From: Wickerhamiella versatilis
Lineage: Eukaryota
Direction: 5' to 3'
Assembly: GCA_030867685.1 (NCBI GenBank)
Contig: JAQOWU010000001.1
Coordinates: forward strand, 1,054,001-1,115,855
DNA: 61,855 nucleotides
Shown here: positions 22,302-33,902 of the stretch, piece after piece
Layout: each line of letters starts with the position of its first letter
How positions within the stretch are numbered: position 1 is the first letter of the stretch
Notes under the pieces: generated by a model
Databases searched by the model: none
What the model was told of the DNA's origin: nothing
What the model saw: the letters and a program-made list of their open reading frames with translations, nothing else
Made by a program: the position numbers and the translations under genes

Positions 22302-22720
22302 ATATACTAGTATAACGGTATGCTGTCGCCGACTCTTATAGTTTCTATAGCATATCTCTACCCTTACCTGAATATGGGATACCCGTACCCAGACAGGTTA
22401 GTAATAGCAATGTTTTAATCCTTGCGGTATATAAAATTATCGATATCAGTTAGATAACAGGTCTCTTCTTTCCAAGTACGAGTACAGCGTTACTGTAAAT
22501 TTCTTTCTACGTCACATTTCAGGCATTCAGCCGTATAGAGCGTACTAACTGTCTCATTTCTAACTGTTTTATTATTAATTAGTTTTATCCCATGAGGGAC
22601 CATCCCCACATTTACCCCTGCTGAGGAACCACCTGTACCCCTACCACATGAGAAGCCACTGATTTTGTCGTGTTACGAGTTAGTATTTTTCATTTTTTTA
22701 CCAGAACCTCTAAAAGACAT

Positions 22721-22785
22721 AAAAAAAATTATGCGGGGAATCGGTGCTGGGTTAGGGCAATCGGTGCTGGAAGTGGGCAATCGGT
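22721..22785. promoter_or_regulatory. Mig1/CreA-like site (AT-rich flank + GCGGGG) overlapping a 3x 20-bp-period repeat GGG(C/G)AATCGGT, upstream of ENA
   Basis: aaaaaaaattatGCGGGGaatcggtgctgg..gggcaatcggtgctgg..gggcaatcggt. Confidence 0.45.
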
Positions 22786-23854
22786 AACACCTGTTCCGAG
22801 CCGAAGTTAAAAATAACATCTCAATGACCTAGTATACCGTGCTCTGCTAGCTCGTGTCCTTAACGACAAATGCAGAGGGTAGCTCCGTGATTAGATTCCC
22901 AATCCTAGTAGACTCAGGTACGCATTTTCTTCTTAATCCTCAGACTTTTCATCTCAGGATCCGAGAAGCAATAGAACTTCAAGGGGCAAGAAGAGGCTTA
23001 CTGGAATGGAGGGAATTGGTGGGATTGAAACAGAAGGAAAGAAATGACGTCTGGCTCAGCACATGAGAGGTAGAGTAAACTTGTAATGCTCAAGTGGCAG
23101 TGAACTCCGATAATCTTCAGGTTTTCATGCCACATAAACAAGGCGTTTGTCGTCCTAAGCAGGGTCTCAAGCTAAGTATAATTTACGGTCTTAGCATTCC
23201 TTGGTCTCCAACTGTTATTTCGGTGTATCTTGGTGACTACCATGGTGGCAGGACAAAATTCAAATGAGGAATTCAAACCCCATGCAAAAATGCTTGTAAA
23301 GGCTTTAAATACTTGCCACCATTGACGTTTAATACTGTGTGCGACCCTGGCTCCGTAGTCCATCATCTTAGCTTAAAAATCATTTTAGCATCGAATGTAT
23401 TAATAATAAAGGTAAGGGCGGCAACGGCGGGGCGGCGAAGTTCCCGAGGTCCCTGCGTACCTTCAGCTCACCTTCCGAACAATGATTTGTGGGGTTAAAT
23501 TAGTCTTTCTCGGTTTTTGGATTTTTTGAATAGGAATTTTTAGCCTCGGCACCCTTGGAAGTGGTCCATTGAACATGCAGTCTCGAGAGGCTAGTCCTAG
23601 TCCCATTACGTCCCGCTATGTGCGACGCATAGGCCTAGTGGAGTCAGAGGCAATGCGGAGGGTTGTTGACTAATAATATGCAATGCTATTATTGTGGACG
23701 CATGGCACTACTTTAGATCCTGCTTCTCATTAAGTTTGAGAGGTTCGGTACGAAAAGGTGGGTTATCAAAAGGTACTGCAATGTGGCGTTTCAATTGTAA
23801 TGCCAATGTACGATGATATTTTAAGCGTAAAATAAAATCGGATGTATCCTAGAT

Positions 23855-24292
23855 TTACTGATATACGACAAAGCGTGCCCATTTCATGAAGTAATCCCCA
23901 CCTTTGATCTTTCTTACCATAAATCCAAAAGGGGTGAGACAGGACATCTGTCCTGTACCTGTCTCTGGACCTATTGGTACTAGCGTTATCCAGCCGCCCT
24001 TGCTATGGGTTTTGCTTGGGGACTTACCAGACAATTCAGACTTAGCATTTGACGATGCCACGGATGCTTGTTAAACCGCCCGGATAAACAGCTTCTGCTT
24101 GTGCTGTGTCACATCGCCTGGAGCATATATCCTGTCGGCAACCTTCATATGCTTATCGACCTTCACGAATCCATCTTCATCCAAATACGATTTGGGGACG
24201 AAATCGCTGTTAGCCTTAACACCAATAGATAGAATGTATAAATCAGTATCAATGGTCTTACCTGAGTCGTCGGATGTTAACCAATCTATCAT
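23855..24292 (-). pseudogene. 3' remnant of an AIF/AMID-like pyridine nucleotide-disulfide oxidoreductase
   Basis: GKTIDTDL..IGVKANSDF..LDEDGFVKVD..IYAPGDV, then an in-frame TAA (24071-24073), continuing QAS.ASSN..LVPIGP..G.GQ..IKGGDYF. The N-terminal half is absent. Confidence 0.75.
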
Positions 24293-24529
24293 GTTGGAGT
24301 CATTAATTTAGTGTTGCAGTATCGCACTAGTATACGTTCTGATTTTGCGTCAGTCAAACGCATGGTACCCAATTTATTCTACTTACTTGCCCTTTAAACA
24401 CCATCTCGAGGTTTCAGGGAGTCTCAAATTGCTTATTGTTCATTTGTAATATTACAAATCTTAGTGTTGTATTTTTCAGGAGGAAGGTTATATAAGAGTG
24501 GTTATAGTTATCGTCAGACCAGAACCTAG

Positions 24530-25537
<1,008 letters not shown>

Positions 25538-26237
25538 CTTGTTGTTTTACAGAAATAGGCATTGCCAATATGGGTTAACTACCAGCTCTAAGTTGTAAAA
25601 ACTAGCAACTTTCACTATTTTTTAAGTGCGAGGTAATAAGTCAGATGGTTGTACTCATCAGATGCTATTTCATGGGAACTGGTGGATAAACTATTCAAGC
25701 ATACATGATGCTATTTTTAACCATAGGCCATATTATTGGAGGCTCTCACTTAGAAGATTCTGCTAGCCTTTACTGACAGAAATTATGATATAATGTTGAT
25801 TTAAGCACGAAGAAATCGAGTGGATTGAGTTTTTGCCCTTGACAAACTACCTTGCCTTGCTTGACAGCTTCGAGCAGTTATGCTTTATGTATGACATTTG
25901 TATATTCATAAGCGAAGGTGCAGATGGCTAAATTTCCTATTAGGACCATACATTGGGCATAGAAAGAGTAATTAGATGACTTAATTTATTATTATGTGCA
26001 CCTTGGCCAGATTTGAGCTTAAACCTGATTATTGGCTCATCTCTGCGATTATAAATTGTTGCTTATCACCTTTACTAAGACGGTAGATCTAATACTTGGT
26101 TATGTAAGTAGGTACCATATATAATTATATACGAATGCGTAGATGTGAGAGTAGCAAGTCTTACTGATTGTAAGCAATAAATGAATTTCTTTTGAATAAA
26201 GTTGCGCTTGCCATTGGTTGGACAATGCAAAATAGCT

Positions 26238-26768
26238 ACTGGGGCAAGTGAGGTATTTGTTTTGCTACAAGCAGCGCTTCATGAAAGAAGGTGCCACCGC
26301 AGTTTTCGTGGCTGGTCAGAGATCGGAAAACTTGGAGAACACGGCACTGGATATTGGTGAAAGAGTAGTTCCAATCACCGTTGATCCTTGATTCTTCTGA
26401 TACCGCTGATCTTGATAAAGTGTTCAAAGTTATCGAGAAGTAAAACAGCACGGAAAGTTAGATGTCTTTTTATTCAATGCTTCGGTTGCAACTATGGGCC
26501 CGCTCGAAGCTGTAACTAAATATTCTATGGAAAATACGTATTCCATCAACGTACCGTGTGTGGTTTTAACGGTTCAGAAGGCCCCTAACTTGCTAGCAGA
26601 TAAGGTCTCTGTAATGCTTAACGCATCCATACCTACTTCTTTTGTGGAGGGTGGATCAATATAGGCCTTCACCAAGGCTACTGTGATTCACTTGGTTAGA
26701 ATTTGATCTTTTGACTAAAGTCGAGACGAATCCGTATTAATACCGTGCACCTGGGTCCAATTCAGACT
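26238..26768 (+). pseudogene. Decayed classical short-chain dehydrogenase/reductase (absent from the ORF track)
   Basis: Manual translation across frameshifts gives TGAS/GICFAT, RFMKEGA..VFVAG, DLDKVF, HGKLDVFLFNAS, INV..VVLTVQKA..LL, NASI, SI*AFTKA (catalytic Tyr codon is TAG at 26662-26664), LKSRRIRINTVHLGPIQT. Confidence 0.85.
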
Positions 26769-27272
26769 TGCATACTAGAATCCTTGAACGAGTATCCTTA
26801 ATAACTCATCTACCATGATTCTATGTTAGTCATGTGTAAGTATACAATCTAATTTGGCAACGTAGCATAACATATCCATATTCGTCTCAATCAAAATGTA
26901 ATTTTAGCAAGAGAAGGCAAAATGTACTTGGTATCGAGTGGGATATCACAAGTTGTCTCTTTAGAACAGCCAAATTTTCCTTTCCAGGCCGGGTGTTCAG
27001 GAAACACTTTCCGAATCCCGATGGTCCCTTTAAGTTTTATACGGATTACACTAAAACAACCTTGAACGTGGACCAGCTCATTCTTCATTGAAATATAAGG
27101 GGCACTTCCAATATTAAGGCTTGTCTAAATGAAACCTGCTAGATGTCATTGGACAGCCTACATTGGGTCTCACTCGCACCTTTAACTGGTACTATGTCAT
27201 TCGAGAGTACTTAGGCTGTGAGGTTCACATGGTTCTCTTTTCTAGGAAATTTACCATTGTTGGCTATTCTAT

Positions 27273-27803
27273 CTAGTGAGTCTCGCTAGTGTTTATTTCA
27301 CCGATATATTCAACGGGGAAATCATCAACTCTATTCAGTATAAAAAAGTAGTAATAATTTCCTCCTTGAACAATTGCAGGAAGGCTTGACGTGGTTTTAC
27401 CATTCATGACACCTAAGAGGGTATTGTCATCCACCTTTCGGAAATGGTCGAAAACAGGTATACCGTCGTAGACCATGGTGCCTGACACCTTTCCTCTAAA
27501 CTCAACCATCCATAATGAGGCCTCACCATTGAATTTCGTATCAGCAAATAGCTTATTGTCTTCATTGAAGCATACCAATGGATGCGCATCGAATTTGCTT
27601 GGATACCACTTACCAAACCAGTTCATATCATCCATGGATTTTGTCACCCAATGACCAACACAGTTAATACTAGAACCCTTCCACTTACCAATCATTTCTT
27701 CAATTGTCACTGGGGGTAATTTATCGTAGAATTCGAAAAGTTCCTCGCTTCCATGATATGATTTTTTTTGAATTTCGTTCAACTCACTCTTGTAATTTGT
27801 CAT
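27273..27803 (-). CDS. GXWXG / DUF4334 domain protein
   Basis: LPPVTIEEMIGKWKG, WFGK, ASLWMVEFRGKVSGTMVYDGIPVFDHFRKVDDNTLLGVMNGK. The ATG at 27803 follows a TATATAA. Confidence 0.88.
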   Translation of the reverse strand: MTNYKSELNEIQKKSYHGSEELFEFYDKLPPVTIEEMIGKWKGSSINCVGHWVTKSMDDMNWFGKWYPSKFDAHPLVCFNEDNKLFADTKFNGEASLWMVEFRGKVSGTMVYDGIPVFDHFRKVDDNTLLGVMNGKTTSSLPAIVQGGNYYYFFILNRVDDFPVEYIGEINTSETH

Positions 27804-28198
27804 TGTCTGCTTAGCAAAATTGCAAGCAAGAAAAGTACCCCTTATATAGATCTCCAATGAATAAATTACTAACGTTATACCGTTGCGGCTGTGATTCATC
27901 GGCACTAAGTTGCCGTAATCTGGGCAGAAGAGTATCGACGGAACTTCTCTTATGATCGCTCGTTGTTGAGCAAGACCGTTTTTTAGACTCATATATTTGT
28001 AACCAGGCCTACAATCAATACGTAAAGCTGCTCAATGATTTATGAATTCTATCATCTATAAAATGGTCTCGAAATATGAGACATGGCAATGTAACACTAC
28101 TTACCGGGCCAAGGGTTCGGAAGAAGCCTTTCCGTATCCCGATTTGAGCTTAAATTTCGTAAGCAAAATAAAACTCTCTTTTCGTCCTGGAACATTCT

Positions 28199-29746
28199 AT
28201 GGAAAATAATTCAATGAAAGAGAATTCTCAATCGCCCACTAAGGGCAGTAATTTGGATAGAGTGACTGAAAATATTGCTATTGCACCAGGTCGTTATCTT
28301 CCACCCGTTCCCGAAACGCCGGAAAATGACTACATGGTAGAGTTTCTTGGTCCAGATGATCCGGACAGACCTACTAATTGGCCCTTGGGGAAGAAAACCT
28401 ACCTTTCTGTGGTCATGACTTTGTCCACATTGGTAGTGGCATGGGGCTCTGCGGTATTAGCTGCCGGTGTAGAAGAAGTTGCCGAGCAATTTCACGTAGG
28501 CAGAGTGGTAGCTACTCTTGCAGGAATATCTCTCTATGTAGTAGGATTTGCTGCTGGTCCAGTGGTGTGGGGCCCCAGCTCCGAAATTGTTGGCCGAAAA
28601 CTTCCTCTAGTTTTAGGGCTCTTTGGATTTACATGCTTTACTTTTGCCACTGCCACGTGTAAAGATTTCCAAACATTCGCGCTTTCTCGTTTTTTCATGG
28701 GGACTCTTGGTTCTTGTGTCCTTGTTGTTGCACCCGCCACCATATCCGATTTATTTACCACAAAGACAAGAGGCAAGATTATGGCTATCGTTTCAGCAGT
28801 AATCGTTGCGGGACCAATGATCGCCCCTGTTGTTGGAGGCTATATTGCTGCCTCTTATCTTCACTGGAGGTGGACGATGTATATTACAGGGTTTATGTCG
28901 TCGGCAATCCTTGTTCTCGTAACCTTCACGCAAGAGGAGAGTTTCTGCCCTAGGATCCTCCAGTACAAAGCTAACCGCCTTCGGGAGGAAACAGGTGTCT
29001 GGCCCCTGCACTCGGCTATGGACAAGGAAACTCTGAATGTTAAAAGTATCGCGCAAAAAGTCCTTGTTAAACCTATCAAGATGCTTGTAGTCGAGCCGAT
29101 TCTCCTTCTACTTTCGGTATACATGGGATTGGTATATGGGATATTGTACTTGTGCTTAGAGGCTGAACCTTTAATCTTCCAAGGAGTATACCAATGGAAG
29201 GGAGGCAATGTGTTCTTGCCATATCTCGGTATGGTTACAGGGGCTATCATAGTCGTAATTGTTCAGGTACTCTTCTTTGAGAGAGTATTTTATGACGGAC
29301 TCAAGGCCCGTGGTGTTCCCGTTTGGCCGGAAGGGCGCCTTCCTGCAATGATGGTGTCAGGATTTGTATTCCCCTCAGGAATATTTTTGCTCTGTTGGTC
29401 GGGAGCATACGGGGTACATTGGATAGCACCGACAATTGGACTTGCTTTGATAGGTTTTGGGCTGATAGGAATATTCTTGGCAGGCTTTAATTATATTATT
29501 GATACCTATCTGATGAATGCCGCCTCCGCGCTTGCGGCTAACACGTTTCTCCGCTCAGGAATGGGGGCTGCATTTCCAATATTTGCCACTGCAATGTTCA
29601 AGAATCTTGGAATTCAGTGGGCAGGAACTCTGCTTGGGTGCTTAGCTGCGATATTGGCACCGGTACCTATTCTCTTCTATGTATTTGGTGAAAAGATACG
29701 TGGGGCCTCCAAGCACAGTATGGATCTTTCAGATCTGAAGAATTGA
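28199..29746 (+). CDS. MFS drug:H+ antiporter, DHA1 family (Tpo/Flr1/Mdr1-like)
   Basis: DDPDRPTNW, GP..WGP.SE..GRK, WRW, PEGRL, AASALAANTFLRS. Confidence 0.95.
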   Translation: MENNSMKENSQSPTKGSNLDRVTENIAIAPGRYLPPVPETPENDYMVEFLGPDDPDRPTNWPLGKKTYLSVVMTLSTLVVAWGSAVLAAGVEEVAEQFHVGRVVATLAGISLYVVGFAAGPVVWGPSSEIVGRKLPLVLGLFGFTCFTFATATCKDFQTFALSRFFMGTLGSCVLVVAPATISDLFTTKTRGKIMAIVSAVIVAGPMIAPVVGGYIAASYLHWRWTMYITGFMSSAILVLVTFTQEESFCPRILQYKANRLREETGVWPLHSAMDKETLNVKSIAQKVLVKPIKMLVVEPILLLLSVYMGLVYGILYLCLEAEPLIFQGVYQWKGGNVFLPYLGMVTGAIIVVIVQVLFFERVFYDGLKARGVPVWPEGRLPAMMVSGFVFPSGIFLLCWSGAYGVHWIAPTIGLALIGFGLIGIFLAGFNYIIDTYLMNAASALAANTFLRSGMGAAFPIFATAMFKNLGIQWAGTLLGCLAAILAPVPILFYVFGEKIRGASKHSMDLSDLKN

Positions 29747-30662
29747 AGCACAAGCATCAGGAAGAAAAATAGAAATTTTATAGAGTGGACTTTTTTATCA
29801 GTTTTCCACAAGAAGGTGAGACTAATACAAAAAGTCCATGTCATTAATTGCATAGTAAGATCTTGTCAGTTTTCCGAGACGGTAAGACCTGAATGTTTCG
29901 AAAAGGGAGTAATTACTTAGAACCATCTCGCTGCTTGAGACTGGTTGAATAATTGAAGATAGCATTCTTACTGTTCAGAACTTAGAATAATCACGACGTG
30001 ATAAACTGTTATCGCCATACTTTACTAGCAATTCCCTTAAGGTCACTATTGTCCTTTTTTAGGTTCAGCACGTCATGAGGGTGAATATTATAGCGACCTT
30101 CACACTATCTGAGACTGGTTGGAAACTGCAAGATGACAAATATTACAGGATTAGTCGCAGTTTAAACGTTCATGCTGAGTAATTTCAGATAAGGACTGGA
30201 AGCGAGGTTTCCCCACTAGCTGCATTGTATAAGCGATGTGATAATACAGAAATAGTTGCATTTCTGAAGACACTTCAATAGCATTGTAGTAACAAGCTCG
30301 AAATTTGTAAATATGGAAAGCATTGGGATATTAAAAGCTTCGAATTTGGGTAATGACAACGAATCACCGAAATAAATTAGTATGGCCATTATAGGTGTAG
30401 CAATATCGAACAAGAGAGAATCTGTGGGCACTTAAACTATCTGAAGCGAGAAAACCTACCCGATACCACTTCCGCCAGGAGAAACCTTCCGATAAATCAA
30501 TCTGCATTGCCCCTAAGCATTTCAGTCTCCGCTGACAAACTAGCGAAGATTAGAAATCCAACCGCATGATGTCTGGTGTGACATCACGTGGTATAACGCA
30601 TTTCCTTTCGAAGATATAACATTTCAATCTCGTAAAAGCCACTTGTAGTGTCAACGGCCTGA

Positions 30663-33071
30663 ATGTCTCTTTTTGAGCCGGTGGGTCTAGGTGATGTCGA
30701 GCTAGGCCATAGAATTGTCTTGCCACCACTCACCCGATTGCGAGCCAACGAGAAAGGAGTTCCAAGTGGACTGGATGCGGAGTACTACAGGCAACGAGCC
30801 CAAGCAACCGGAACCTTGCTAATTGCAGGTGCCTTAATCAATGATGATGACGAGGCACATCCGTCGACACCAGGCATATACACTAGTGATCAGATAAAAG
30901 GCTGGAAGAAAGTCACTGCTGCTGTACATCAGCAGAAATCTTTAATATTTCTACAGCTATGGTCGATTGGTAGGTATTCGGCTGGTAAAAACTATGGAGG
31001 TAAAGGTGAGCCAGTAGGTGCCCCAATAGATGAGCTTTCCACAGCGGATATAAGTGATGTTGTCAAGGATCATGTGAAGGCAGCTAGGAATGCTATTGCT
31101 GCTGGATTTGATGGTGTCGAGATTCATGGAGCTCACGGCTGCTTGCTAAATCGATTCCTGTATGACGATAACAGTAGGAATGATAGATATGGTTGTTCAA
31201 TTGAAAACAAAGTGAGGATATTTTTTGACATCATAGACGCCGTATCAGATGCCATAGGGTCCCCAAAAGTCGGATTGCGCCTTTCTCCATTTGATAGCGA
31301 CTATGCCTATGGCCCTATCCCCATATTTTCTTACTTATTAGCAAGGTTGGAACAAAAGAAGAAGGAGGGAAGAGAAATTGCATATGTACATCTCGTAGAA
31401 CCTCGAAATCCAGGCGAGAATTCGGACTTTATCCGCCATATTTGGTCAGGCATACTTATTAGGGCTGGTGGCTTCACTCCAAAGACAGCAGCAGAGGCTG
31501 TGAAGGATGATCCTAAGCTACTGATAGCTTTTGGTAGGTATTTTATATCGAATCCTGACCTTGTAAGGCGCTTGCGGGATAACCTCCCTCTCACCAAATA
31601 CGATAGAAGTACGTTCTACAGTCAGGATGCAAAAGGCTATACCGATTATCCAACTTATGACGAACAGATAGAGCGGGAACGGTTACATCAACCCAAGAAA
31701 TCCCGCCTGCAGAAAAAGCTCATTCTAAATGCGTTTGCGATGACGACGCCAAACCATCTGTCACCCGGTTTATGGAGGCATCCAAGTAGTGACACCTCCA
31801 ATTATAACAAGGTTGAATACTGGGTGAACTTAGCGAAGTTGCTTGAACGGGGGAAATTACATGCACTTTTTATCGCTGATACGCTTGGACCCTATGATGT
31901 ATATGGAGGCCCAAGGAACATTAAGCCTGCTGTCACAACTGGCACTCAGTTTCCAGTTGGTGATCCTGCACTAGCTGTATCTGCAATGGCTGATGTGACC
32001 CAAAAACTTGCCTTTGACGTGACGACAAGCACAACTTATGAGCATCCCTACACTGTAGCTCGAAGGTTTTCGACCTTAGATCATTTGTCAAATGGACGGG
32101 TTATCTGGAATATAGTAACTTCTTACTTAGAAAGTGCAGCCCAAATGTATGGTCTGGAAACGCAGATTGATCATGATGAGAGGTATGGTAAAGGTGAAGA
32201 GTTCCTAGAAGTTTGCTATAAGCTCTGGGAATCCAGCTGGAAGGACGATGCTGTCCTTCGCGATAAAGCTCAAGGGATATTTGCTGATGTGAACAAAGTA
32301 CGACCTATTCATCATGAAGGGAAGTATTTCAAGGTTGATGGTGTGCATATCAATGAGCCATCTCCTCAGCGCACACCTCTACTTTTTCAAGCAGGAACCT
32401 CCAAGCGCGGAAGTGAATTTGGTACAAAGCATAGCGAGCTGATCTTTATATCCGGATTTAATTCTGCTCGTACAGGTCAAACGGTAGCGGGCCTTAGAAA
32501 ACAAGCTGAAGAGCAGGGGCGCCGTGCCGACCAAATCAAGATCGTGGTTAGCGTTGCTTTGATTTTAGGAGAAACAGATGAAGAGGCGCAGCAGAAGTAT
32601 AATGATTTCTTGTCTTATGCGGATGTTGAGGGTGCTCTCACCCTTTTTGGTGGATGGACAGGGAGTGATCTGGCGAAATTTCGTGACGATGATGACTTTC
32701 GTTTTGAAGGTCCGCCCGCCATTCAGTCAACTGTACTTAGTATTGACGATTCCAGACGGTGGACTAAAGCAGATATTGCCAAGGAATTGATTCTTGGCGG
32801 GTTTAGCCGCAAGATAGTCGGTAGCCCAACTACTGTGGCAGATGAGCTGGAGCGTTGGGCGACCGAATCGGATCTTGATGGGTTCAACCTTGCCCATATT
32901 ACATCTCCTGGGTCTTTTGAGGACATCGTCAACTTGCTTGTGCCGGAGCTCCAGCGGCGCGGCATATTTCACGATGACTATGACAGCGCTGAAACCGCAA
33001 GAGGCCAGGTTTTTGGCCATGACCATTTGCCAAGCGAACACCCAGGGTATCAGTACAAGTGGCTTGATTGA
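30663..33071 (+). CDS. Fusion: Old Yellow Enzyme barrel + NtaA/DszA/DmoA-type luciferase-like monooxygenase
   Basis: aa ~1-333: PLTRLRA, GFDGVEIHGAHG, AYVHLVEPR, FGRYFISNPDL, GYTDYP. aa ~350-802: LNAF..GLWRHP, LERG..HALFIAD, STLDHLS.GR..WNIVTS, PSPQRTP.LFQAGTS, PELQRRG. One uninterrupted ORF. Confidence 0.92.
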   Translation: MSLFEPVGLGDVELGHRIVLPPLTRLRANEKGVPSGLDAEYYRQRAQATGTLLIAGALINDDDEAHPSTPGIYTSDQIKGWKKVTAAVHQQKSLIFLQLWSIGRYSAGKNYGGKGEPVGAPIDELSTADISDVVKDHVKAARNAIAAGFDGVEIHGAHGCLLNRFLYDDNSRNDRYGCSIENKVRIFFDIIDAVSDAIGSPKVGLRLSPFDSDYAYGPIPIFSYLLARLEQKKKEGREIAYVHLVEPRNPGENSDFIRHIWSGILIRAGGFTPKTAAEAVKDDPKLLIAFGRYFISNPDLVRRLRDNLPLTKYDRSTFYSQDAKGYTDYPTYDEQIERERLHQPKKSRLQKKLILNAFAMTTPNHLSPGLWRHPSSDTSNYNKVEYWVNLAKLLERGKLHALFIADTLGPYDVYGGPRNIKPAVTTGTQFPVGDPALAVSAMADVTQKLAFDVTTSTTYEHPYTVARRFSTLDHLSNGRVIWNIVTSYLESAAQMYGLETQIDHDERYGKGEEFLEVCYKLWESSWKDDAVLRDKAQGIFADVNKVRPIHHEGKYFKVDGVHINEPSPQRTPLLFQAGTSKRGSEFGTKHSELIFISGFNSARTGQTVAGLRKQAEEQGRRADQIKIVVSVALILGETDEEAQQKYNDFLSYADVEGALTLFGGWTGSDLAKFRDDDDFRFEGPPAIQSTVLSIDDSRRWTKADIAKELILGGFSRKIVGSPTTVADELERWATESDLDGFNLAHITSPGSFEDIVNLLVPELQRRGIFHDDYDSAETARGQVFGHDHLPSEHPGYQYKWLD

Positions 33072-33902
33072 GTCTGGGTGTAGCTAGTCTAAGCTATAAT
33101 CATTTATAGAGATTATAGAGAGTTACATGATCATTAAATCTGTAGCTACATAGTCAATTTGATTTGATAGGTCAAGCTTTCTCGGGAATAGACAGTTCTG
33201 TATATGTATAGTTATCATATAAGAACCGTCTCTGGTCGTCACAGCAGTGACAGTCCACTCTGAAGATTTCCCGTATGTATAATAATGTGCACTTTTTATG
33301 ATACTATATCAGTAGATGAAAATCTCTAGGCTTTTTGAAAGACCCATATTTTTTCTTGGCATGAAGTTAGGATCTTTTATTTGGGGACTCGAAGGAGTAT
33401 TAGAGCCGTCAGACGAATGGATATAGAAAAAAAAACACATTATATTCTACACATGAAAATTCATTGCTCAACTCTGCATTAAAGACAGCCTTCATCATCT
33501 CACGTGTAATTGGTAATGGTCACGTGCCTAGCCGAGACCGTTGGCTTGACTCCAACCGGGGGCTATCTTGCATTGTCCAACCAGTTTGGTGCGGAATATA
33601 TATATATATATATATTGAAACCTCAGCTTTAATTTAGCGACAAAGCTTTGATCGGGGTCCTCTACGTTGAACAATAATAAGGTTCGTGAGGCAATGAAGT
33701 ATAGTCCATAGTCAACATCCAAGCTTCAAAAAAGGGTCAAATCCCCGTCTTCAAAAGTATTTTCTCCGAAATCAAACTGCTCTCATTCGGTTTTACAATG
33801 TTTTTAGCCGCATTATTACAAAGATATGACGATCACGCCATTGAATTTAATAATGGGCCATCAATGCATTTAGTTTAGCGAATTTGTCGACTAGCCCCCA
33901 CG

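Noticed and set aside
27804-27992. 63-codon N-terminal extension of the GXWXG ORF (and similar TTG/GTG extensions of other ORFs)
   Set aside because: The extension spans the TATA box and lacks family similarity; downstream ATGs match the family starts
31680-31720. QPKKS(R)LQ peptide shared between the OYE-LLM linker and the FMO domain of the other fusion
   Set aside because: Short, in non-equivalent positions, most likely coincidence
33596-33614. (TA)n tract and other short simple repeats (e.g. 18905-18950)
   Set aside because: Ordinary microsatellites with no further structure
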